Shown here piece after piece: positions 57,211 to 64,000 of a DNA stretch of 64,000 bases. Within the stretch, counting starts at the first letter, position 1, and each line of letters starts with the position of its first letter. Position numbers and translations under genes: made by a program. The notes beneath the pieces are model-generated. The model had not been told where the DNA came from. It made no database searches and was given only the letters and a program-made list of their open reading frames with translations. Source of the DNA: a virus; IMG/VR virus record IMGVR_UViG_3300031857_000018, positions 64,001 to 128,000 of that record. One strand, 5' to 3'.

Positions 57211-57369
57211 TTATTCTTTACTTCCTGAGTGTATCAAAAAGTCTCGATACTCGTCATTCTCCAATTCACATAACCGATCCAAGCAAGCATCATACGAGCC
57301 GGTTTTCAATATGCGGCCGGTGTAATCAACCAATAGCCAAACATCAGGACCAAATTTGATAATTTCCAT
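57211..57369 (-). CDS. Hypothetical protein (52 aa, not in ORF track)
   Basis: Manual translation MEIIKFGPDVWLLVDY...; TAGGAC-N17-TATATT promoter heads the tRNA operon. Confidence 0.5.
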   Translation of the reverse strand: MEIIKFGPDVWLLVDYTGRILKTGSYDACLDRLCELENDEYRDFLIHSGSKE

Positions 57370-57415
57370 CTCTTTATTTTTATAATATAAATATAAGAAA
57401 TAAAAACCAAAAGTC

Positions 57416-57817
57416 CTAATCTTTCTGCAACATTTTTTCTACTCGATTGCGAGCCTTCTCACCTAATGGTATTGGATGACCTTCTTCATCGATATGCACG
57501 AACTTGATGTGTGTGCGAAGCACTATAACCTGATTGCCCGTGTATACATTGTGTGCTCTGGCTTCCATGTACAGGTTGATGGATGAGTTACCTATTGCTT
57601 GTGGCTGACCATATATCTTAAGTAGTTGGCCTTCCCGGGCTGGCTTCTCAAAATTGCATTTGTCAATGCTAACCGTAACCATACGGGGTGTATCACAAAG
57701 TTGCATTGAGTAGCCGGCTGCAGCTGCATCGATCCAAGCCAACAGCTTTCCTCCGAACAGGTTGCCATGAAACCCTAGGTCGGATTTCTTGATTGGGTGT
57801 GTGTTTAGTAATTCCAT
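57416..57817 (-). CDS. Acyl-CoA thioesterase (hotdog fold; start reassigned to 57817)
   Basis: D...HGNLFGG.LL.WID.AA, VTVSID...F.KP, GNSS and FVHIDEEG.P motifs. Confidence 0.88.
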   Translation of the reverse strand: MELLNTHPIKKSDLGFHGNLFGGKLLAWIDAAAAGYSMQLCDTPRMVTVSIDKCNFEKPAREGQLLKIYGQPQAIGNSSINLYMEARAHNVYTGNQVIVLRTHIKFVHIDEEGHPIPLGEKARNRVEKMLQKD

Positions 57818-58146
57818 TATTCCACTGTTTTCTCTACGTATGTGCAAGTCTCACCTGCATCAAATCCTTTTTCTAATAGCAAGGGCAGGGAAGCTGGCTT
57901 GCACCAAGCATACACCAAGTACCCTTTGAATCTTTGCTGCACATACTCCCAACGGGCGTCCCACAGCATTCGAAAGATTCCTTTGCGACGATGGTCTTCA
58001 TGTACCCAAGCATCTAGGAACTTGATGCGTTGTGTTTCTTCTCGTTCCATGTAGATGTGTCCTACAATGTCTCCGTTTACCATGGCGATCCAGGTTTCAA
58101 GTCGTTGAGCATTGCTTTTAAGATGTACTATTTTAATGTCTTCCAT
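57817..58146 (-). CDS. GNAT acetyltransferase
   Basis: WVHEDHRRKGIF (motif A), SLPLLLEKGF. Confidence 0.85.
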   Translation of the reverse strand: MEDIKIVHLKSNAQRLETWIAMVNGDIVGHIYMEREETQRIKFLDAWVHEDHRRKGIFRMLWDARWEYVQQRFKGYLVYAWCKPASLPLLLEKGFDAGETCTYVEKTVE

Positions 58147-58149
58147 AAG

Positions 58150-58974
58150 TTAATGTATTCGTTTTAATATGTCACTTAATCGGCTATACATTTCTACTGC
58201 TATCGGTACTGACATCAGTGCAATAAGAAAATTGTTTACATACGAGTATACTGTAATCACACTACCAATTGTAACATGTTGGGTTGTAAGTACCAACACT
58301 ATGATCGACGCAAACAAAAATATGTTTTTAATCATCATGATGAGAAACCAATTCTTTCCTTGCAGAGTTGATTGGAATATCTCTAGTTGGCGCCGGCGAT
58401 TAAAAAACAGCACTGAGGCATCATATCCAGCTTGTATAGCGTCTCCTTTGCGTTCATAATGTGTGTTCCTCAGTTTGATTGCCTGCTTTATTTTGCTGTA
58501 TAGTAAGGTTACAGCAGCAAGTATCATCACGAATGCAATACTAACCAACACACCAACCTGCCAATTTTCTGAGTAAATAAACCCGATGGATCCTACGATT
58601 GTAACAATGGTTGCGATATAGTAATGCACATATCCTTCCAATACATTAACAATATCATGGGCCATATCTGTTCTAGCAATTTTGGTTGATGCATCATGAT
58701 GCGGTTGCCGCAGAAATCGAAACACGATGCTGTTGTATATTCGAGTGTACACTTTGGTATCATACACCATTCGTTTATAATTAAAAAATGCAGATAAGAA
58801 ATATGAGGTTCCTAACAGCACCAACCAATGCCATGTGCCACTCATCAGGCCGTCAATGCTTTTACCAAGCAGAAATGGTGTTGCTAGATTAGACAGCTCG
58901 GTGACGAGCATGAACAAGTAAATGAATGATAGCTGGCGTCGATGCTGTTTGAATATCTCATAAATTTTATTCAT
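58150..58974 (-). CDS. ABC-transporter six-TM-domain protein (no ATPase domain)
   Basis: P.LLG.SIDGL, RMVYDTKVYTRIY; six hydrophobic helices. Confidence 0.7.
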   Translation of the reverse strand: MNKIYEIFKQHRRQLSFIYLFMLVTELSNLATPFLLGKSIDGLMSGTWHWLVLLGTSYFLSAFFNYKRMVYDTKVYTRIYNSIVFRFLRQPHHDASTKIARTDMAHDIVNVLEGYVHYYIATIVTIVGSIGFIYSENWQVGVLVSIAFVMILAAVTLLYSKIKQAIKLRNTHYERKGDAIQAGYDASVLFFNRRRQLEIFQSTLQGKNWFLIMMIKNIFLFASIIVLVLTTQHVTIGSVITVYSYVNNFLIALMSVPIAVEMYSRLSDILKRIH

Positions 58975-59470
58975 AGTTTAATTGATTAACGTCACTTTGA
59001 TCGTCGGGTATGCCGGTGAGTGAATATCTATCTTTATTTAGATCCGCAGCTAGTTTAGTCTTAATAAACTGCTCCTCGCCTACCGGATCATATATGTTCC
59101 CTTGCGAATCTCGTACCCAGTAATGCGGAATAAACTTCCATTGATCAGCATATTCGCTAGTCTCAATCCACTGTTTTCTATCGTTAGCATCATTCCAATT
59201 CCCACCATCCGAAATAAACTCGCGTTTCATTTCTTCAGTGAAGTCAGCTTTATCGTATACGACTGAATCCGCCTTAAAATATCCTTCTACGCGATTCAAT
59301 TCTTGCGCCCCATGTTTTGTCAAAAACTGCATAAAACTCAACGCAGCAGGACCACAATTATCTCTTTTGCAGAAGTACTTCAGTTCCTTAGGACTTACGG
59401 TTTGTTTCCACTGAGCAATAAGACTCTCTGGCGATGCTGTCTCTTTCAATAAATCTTTTAATCGTATCAT
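58967..59470 (-). CDS. Putative internal head protein (MIRLKDLLKE tag), possible Cys-His-Asp hydrolase
   Basis: Tag and late motif; DNCG...HYWV.....IYDP...QF. Confidence 0.6.
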   Translation of the reverse strand: MIRLKDLLKETASPESLIAQWKQTVSPKELKYFCKRDNCGPAALSFMQFLTKHGAQELNRVEGYFKADSVVYDKADFTEEMKREFISDGGNWNDANDRKQWIETSEYADQWKFIPHYWVRDSQGNIYDPVGEEQFIKTKLAADLNKDRYSLTGIPDDQSDVNQLNYE

Positions 59471-59485
59471 ACGTATAAATATCGA

Positions 59486-59778
59486 TTAATTTGATAACGG
59501 TGCTTTAATTGTTGGGTGTGATTGTTACTTTATACTTCATTGTTTTGTCATTCATATCCATAATACCAAATACAACAGAATCCGTATCATCAGGATTAAT
59601 TAATGTAGGTGTTACGAGATAACCTTGCAGAATTTCTAAGTCTCTACGTATTTGTTTTACTAAATCAATAGGGATTTTAGTTTCAATTTCTGATTTTTCA
59701 AATGTTTCTGGATTGTAATAATCCGCTTTGTAATTTTCCATGATTTTTATTTTTTTAATTTGATAACGGTGCTTTAAT
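59486..59778. repeat. 24-bp direct repeat duplicating the thyA 3' end
   Basis: TTAATTTGATAACGGTGCTTTAAT at 59486-59509 and 59755-59778. Confidence 0.92.
59505..59741 (-). CDS. Hypothetical protein between the direct repeats
   Basis: 78-aa ORF. Confidence 0.55.
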   Translation of the reverse strand: MENYKADYYNPETFEKSEIETKIPIDLVKQIRRDLEILQGYLVTPTLINPDDTDSVVFGIMDMNDKTMKYKVTITPNN

Positions 59779-60897
59779 GTGTGGGTGTGATTGGTAGTTG
59801 CCTAGTTGAAGATCCTCCTCCAACAGACACTTGCAGAAGTTATCGTTGCTGAAACCTTCTACCACTGCTACGGCATCTATAGGTCCTACTCCACATTCTC
59901 CAGATTCAGTTGGCCACCACTCTGTGTTAATGTTTAAGGTTGGTAATGGATATGGTTCTCTTGTTAGTTGTTCCTTTGCTTGTTCAATATGATTAGAATA
60001 CAAATGCGTATCACCCAAGTTACCAATCAATTCATCTGGAACCATGTTCACTGCCTTTGCAATGATTTCAAGTAGTAAACCATAAGAAGCAATATTGAAT
60101 GGTAAACCTAAGAATGTATCTACTGAACGTTGGTTCCACATTAAAGAGATTGCTCTGGTTGGTATGTTATTTCTATCCCAAGATTCAACCGTCATAGGTG
60201 ATACAAACTCAGAATCATACTTAGCTAATTTTCTTCTTTCTTCCAAACTCAACTCTCTTGTATAAACTTGAAATCCATAATGACAAGGTGGAAGTGTCAT
60301 TTGGTCTAATTCACCTACATTCCAAGCTGAAACCATTAGGCGTCTTGAGTCTGGGTTTGTTTTAAGTTGGTATATGAGCACTCCTATTTGATCGTGCCAT
60401 AAAGATCCTTTAGCTAAAGGGTGAACATCAGGAATACTCAACCATCCTTGCCACTTTCTCCATTGTTTACCGTACACGGGACCTAAATCACCATATAGTT
60501 CTGAAAACTTATCGTTATTTTTAACCCAGTTAATAAATTCTTCTTTTGAAAAAGGTCTATTTTGGGTTTCATCGTTTTCATAAATAACACCATGAAGTTT
60601 ATCCTTTTCATATTTTTTTAAGTACGCTTTATACGCATCACCATCCCATATATGACAATCATTATCAACAAGGTATTTGATGTTCGTATCACCACGCAAG
60701 AACCACATTAGCTCTGTTGCTATAAGTCTGAATGGCATCTTTTTAGTTGTGAGCAAAGGAAACCCTTCTGACATCTTATGACGTATCTGCCTACCGAATA
60801 CAGATAGTGTTCCTGTACCTGTTCGGTCTTGTTTAGTTACTCCATTCTCTAAGATATCTTGGAGCAATGCTGTGTATTGTTTATCTAGCGTATTCAA
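59755..60897 (-). CDS. thyA: Thymidylate synthase
   Basis: DRTGTGT, FPLLTTKK, PVYGKQWR, SRR, LPPCH, QRSVD.FLGLPFNIASY and DTHLY motifs. Confidence 0.96.
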   Translation of the reverse strand: MNTLDKQYTALLQDILENGVTKQDRTGTGTLSVFGRQIRHKMSEGFPLLTTKKMPFRLIATELMWFLRGDTNIKYLVDNDCHIWDGDAYKAYLKKYEKDKLHGVIYENDETQNRPFSKEEFINWVKNNDKFSELYGDLGPVYGKQWRKWQGWLSIPDVHPLAKGSLWHDQIGVLIYQLKTNPDSRRLMVSAWNVGELDQMTLPPCHYGFQVYTRELSLEERRKLAKYDSEFVSPMTVESWDRNNIPTRAISLMWNQRSVDTFLGLPFNIASYGLLLEIIAKAVNMVPDELIGNLGDTHLYSNHIEQAKEQLTREPYPLPTLNINTEWWPTESGECGVGPIDAVAVVEGFSNDNFCKCLLEEDLQLGNYQSHPHIKAPLSN

Positions 60898-61241
60898 AAG
60901 TATAAGTCTTGTAATCGTTTAATTTCTGCAATTATATCTTTTAGTCGGTTGATCTCTGCAATCACATCGTCACCTAACTCAATCTTTGACATCATTGAGA
61001 TATCAACAAGCTGTGTTTCCAACAAGTGAATTAGTTGTTCTTCTGCAGATGCCGTAATCAGCTCTACTGGCTCCAATTGTCCCTCATTGAAAATATGCAA
61101 TAGACCATAGTCATCCATTTCTCCAACTACTCGAATGTCGCCACCCAATGTTTCAAACACACCTACGATTGTGCAAGGAAAATCATATCCTTTTGGTTTG
61201 TAGGCTTTGTCCCCTACCTGGAATTTTGTTTGTTTATTCAT
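60894..61241 (-). CDS. Hypothetical protein (R67-DHFR/SH3-like N-terminus possible)
   Basis: FQVGD...KPKGY.F...IVG.F...G...VV.E....G.LHIF...QLE. Confidence 0.5.
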   Translation of the reverse strand: MNKQTKFQVGDKAYKPKGYDFPCTIVGVFETLGGDIRVVGEMDDYGLLHIFNEGQLEPVELITASAEEQLIHLLETQLVDISMMSKIELGDDVIAEINRLKDIIAEIKRLQDLYF

Positions 61242-61506
61242 AACCTTCTACTAGTTTCATTATGTTTCGTGCTAACTCTCCTGCGGTGCGAGTGCCATCC
61301 AGGCTCCATTCAATAATCATATGCTCAACCTCAGCTGAGGTATCATACAAGCCATCAGCCTCAGCATCTGACACTAAGTCCTGTAATGCAACTTCCTGCC
61401 GTTGCTTTTTTGTCATTGTTGGTATCTCAACAGTAACATACTGTGGTGTCAATTGATCCGGTCCGATCCCAACGCACACTTCGATTGTTTTATTTCGTTT
61501 CGCCAT
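61234..61506 (-). CDS. Hypothetical protein
   Basis: 90-aa coupled ORF. Confidence 0.55.
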   Translation of the reverse strand: MAKRNKTIEVCVGIGPDQLTPQYVTVEIPTMTKKQRQEVALQDLVSDAEADGLYDTSAEVEHMIIEWSLDGTRTAGELARNIMKLVEGYE

Positions 61507-61602
61507 ATTTTTTTCTTAGGAATTCTGCGTATGCTACTCGTCGCTTAGGTTTAATGAAAACCCAACCATAAGTCATTTCAAACCATTTAATGAATCTATA
61601 TT

Positions 61603-61878
61603 TCATACTCGATGTGCTTCTAACAAGTTAATTAATGCTTGTGTTTTTGCAAAATCATAAAAACGAATAGCTGGGTCTGTTTCGAAAAATTCGGCAAACC
61701 ATTCACCATCTACAGTTTCATCTGATGCATTTGTTATGAGTTCGAATCCTCGAGCAATTGTATACGTATAATAATAAAATTCATCTTCCGTCCATGTATT
61801 GCCAAGATCGTCTTCACATTCTACACCTTCTTCGTGTTGTCGCTCAAAACCTAGTAATTGTATTTCTTTTTCTGTCAT
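61603..61878 (-). CDS. Hypothetical protein
   Basis: 91-aa ORF. Confidence 0.55.
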   Translation of the reverse strand: MTEKEIQLLGFERQHEEGVECEDDLGNTWTEDEFYYYTYTIARGFELITNASDETVDGEWFAEFFETDPAIRFYDFAKTQALINLLEAHRV

Positions 61879-61894
61879 AACTTATAATATAAAT

Positions 61895-62140
61895 TTATTC
61901 TATAATTTCAAAGTCTATATCGGGTATTGTTTCACAAAACATGAAATGAGTCTGTGTTCTCAGAGCATGGTCTGCCCCGACTGCTAACATGTACTGTTGC
62001 ACTATTTCCATGTTAGGTGGTTCATCTAATTTAGCAGCAAAACAGCTTACTGGCTTCTGCGTTATAATAATGTAAGCTACATCATTGTGCTTGTATACCT
62101 TCTGCATATTAACCTCATTAAAAGTGCTTATTTGACCCAA
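61895..62140 (-). CDS. Hypothetical protein
   Basis: 81-aa ORF; start uncertain. Confidence 0.5.
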   Translation of the reverse strand: MGQISTFNEVNMQKVYKHNDVAYIIITQKPVSCFAAKLDEPPNMEIVQQYMLAVGADHALRTQTHFMFCETIPDIDFEIIE

Positions 62141-62394
62141 TCTTCATATGCAAACATGATGGCATCTGAAATGTTTAGTGTAGGATCTTCTTTCATTAGC
62201 TTTAGTGCAAAGGTAACTACCTCAACTTCTACTTTAAGATCCACTGCTTCCTGCAGCACCCAATCTACTACATCGAGAGAGCGACTGAATTCCTCAGCCG
62301 CCCTTTTCTTTTTCTTGCCCTGGACCATGCGTTTAAACTTTGCAAACAGTTTAGCATCATCCTGGCTATTTCTTTTTGGAAATGTTTTCATCAC
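62128..62394 (-). CDS. Hypothetical protein
   Basis: Coupled to the groEL stop. Confidence 0.55.
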   Translation of the reverse strand: MMKTFPKRNSQDDAKLFAKFKRMVQGKKKKRAAEEFSRSLDVVDWVLQEAVDLKVEVEVVTFALKLMKEDPTLNISDAIMFAYEDWVK

Positions 62395-64000
62395 ATCATT
62401 CCTGGCATACCTTGTGGCATATCCATATCGTCTTCTTTAGGCTCATCCACAATCACACACTCGGTCATCAACACCATTGCTGCGATGCTGGCTGCATTCT
62501 CGATAGCCGTTCTGGTAACTTTGGTTGGATCGATGATACCCATCTCAATCATATCGCCATACTCATTAGTACGAGCATTGTAACCATATGCTGAGTGAGG
62601 TGTTGCCGTTGCTACAAAGTGTACTACTACACTACCTTCGCCTCCGGCATTTGCTACGATGCAACGCAAAGGCTCTTCAACCGCACGTTTTACAATACCA
62701 ATACCAATATTCTCATCTTCATTGGTGCTTTTTAGTTCATTTAACGCGGTTAAACATCTAATCAAAGCAACTCCCCCGCCAGGTACTACACCTTCTTCTA
62801 CTGCTGCTCTAGTAGCCGCTAATGCATCATCAACACGATCCTTCTTCTCTTTCATTTCAGTCTCAGTTGGAGCTCCAATATAAAGTACTGCTACACCTCC
62901 TGCTAATTTAGCCAAGCGCTCTTGCAGTTTTTCTTTCTCGTAATCAGATGTAGCATTCTCAATAGACAAACGGATCTGACGAACTCGTTCTCTGACATCT
63001 TCTGTCTCACCATCGCCATTGATAATTGTGGTGCGGTCCTTAGTAATCTCTACTTTCTCTGCACTACCTAAATGATCCAATGTTGCATCTGCTAGTGTTA
63101 ATCCTTTTTCTTCTGAGATAACAGTACCACCTGTTAATGCAGCAAGGTCCTCGAGCATCTCTTTACGCTTCTCACCAAAGCCTGGTGCCTTCACTGCTGC
63201 AATCTTAAGTGCTCCTCGAATACGATTCACTACAAGTGTAGCCAATGCATCACCATCTAGATCCTCAGCAATAATCAACAAGCTGCGACCTGTCTGAACT
63301 ACTGGTTCTAGGATTGGCAACAACTCTTTCATTGAAGAAATCTTTTTGTCTACTAACAATATGCAAGGCTGTTCCATGTCAGCAATCATCTTCTCTTGGT
63401 TGGTTACAAAGTATGGAGACAAGTAGCCACGATCGAACTGCATACCTTCAACTGTCTTAACTTCAGTTTGTGTTCCTTTGGCTTCTTCCACAGTAATGAC
63501 TCCATCGTTACCTACCACTTTCATTGCCTCAGCAATTAGCGATCCAATAGTCTCATCATTGTTTGCAGAGATAGTTGCAATCTGTTTGATCTTGTCGTTG
63601 TCAGATCCAACTTCTTTTGACATAGATTTAAGTTCAGATACAACGCATCCTACTGCCTTGTCGATTCCTCGCTTCAAGTCAATTGGATTAGCTCCTGCTG
63701 CTACACTTTTGAGTCCTGCAGTTACTAGTGCTTGTGCTAACACGGTTGCTGTGGTAGTTCCATCTCCAGCTACATCGGCTGTCTTTGCGGCAACCTCCTT
63801 AACCATTTGTGCACCCAAGTTCTCGATTGGATCTGACAGCTCAATTTCTTTTGCTACCGAGACACCATCTTTTGTGACGTGGGGACTACCATACTTCTTA
63901 CCGATTACTACGTTGCGACCTTTTGGTCCTAGGGTTGCCTTAACTGCATTTGCTAAGGTATCAACACCTCGTTTTAGTTTTGTTCTTGCTTCTGAATTAA
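62391..64000 (-). CDS. groEL: Chaperonin GroEL (5' end outside the window)
   Basis: Frame extends to the edge ([17 protein letters not shown]); [24 protein letters not shown] and Met/Gly-rich tail. Confidence 0.97.
   Translation of the reverse strand, partial: NSEARTKLKRGVDTLANAVKATLGPKGRNVVIGKKYGSPHVTKDGVSVAKEIELSDPIENLGAQMVKEVAAKTADVAGDGTTTATVLAQALVTAGLKSVAAGANPIDLKRGIDKAVGCVVSELKSMSKEVGSDNDKIKQIATISANNDETIGSLIAEAMKVVGNDGVITVEEAKGTQTEVKTVEGMQFDRGYLSPYFVTNQEKMIADMEQPCILLVDKKISSMKELLPILEPVVQTGRSLLIIAEDLDGDALATLVVNRIRGALKIAAVKAPGFGEKRKEMLEDLAALTGGTVISEEKGLTLADATLDHLGSAEKVEITKDRTTIINGDGETEDVRERVRQIRLSIENATSDYEKEKLQERLAKLAGGVAVLYIGAPTETEMKEKKDRVDDALAATRAAVEEGVVPGGGVALIRCLTALNELKSTNEDENIGIGIVKRAVEEPLRCIVANAGGEGSVVVHFVATATPHSAYGYNARTNEYGDMIEMGIIDPTKVTRTAIENAASIAAMVLMTECVIVDEPKEDDMDMPQGMPGMM

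Noticed and set aside
59755-60897. Intron or intein in thyA
   Set aside because: The frame is continuous; the extra segments are short in-frame insertions without intein or homing-endonuclease motifs.
1-64000. Stop-codon reassignment
   Set aside because: Known genes are full length in code 11, TAA, TAG and TGA all end genes, and no suppressor tRNA is present.
62391-64000. groEL as host contamination or a prophage boundary
   Set aside because: It is translationally coupled to phage-type hypothetical genes on the same strand, and large phages are known to encode chaperonins.

Overview
This is a 64 kb slice of a large lytic tailed-phage genome (myovirus-like, probably jumbo class), read almost entirely on the minus strand in the standard genetic code. 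The host is most likely Bacteroidota, based on a T9SS type-B C-terminal-domain protein, DUF4494-like and Hc1/histone-H1-like genes, and TAnnTTTR -7 boxes. Layout from left to right: (1) replication/recombination genes (fused SbcD-SbcC, primase, T7-gp3-like endonuclease); (2) a baseplate/tail cluster and a gp55-like sigma factor; (3) UvdE and a duplicated convergent gene pair; (4) a cluster of probable capsid-packaged proteins sharing a 10-aa N-terminal tag, MIRLKxLLxE; (5) a ~10 kb early cassette (35.2-45.8 kb) with 18 near-identical promoters, a shared GAGAGA(U)AUG leader and strong GGATCC enrichment, bounded by a G/C-tract element and a phased CTAAAAATA array; (6) DNA ligase, lysis and metabolic genes, four tRNAs plus a tRNA-like RNA, thyA and groEL. 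Best candidates for undescribed biology: a ~370-nt promoter-to-terminator structured RNA carrying two segments antisense to the leader shared by the early genes; the capsid-targeting-like tag family; a coiled-coil gene followed by a structured region with 6-nt periodicity; and the duplicated virion-protein/CAP-protein pairs. All family assignments come from motif recognition by eye; no searches were run.
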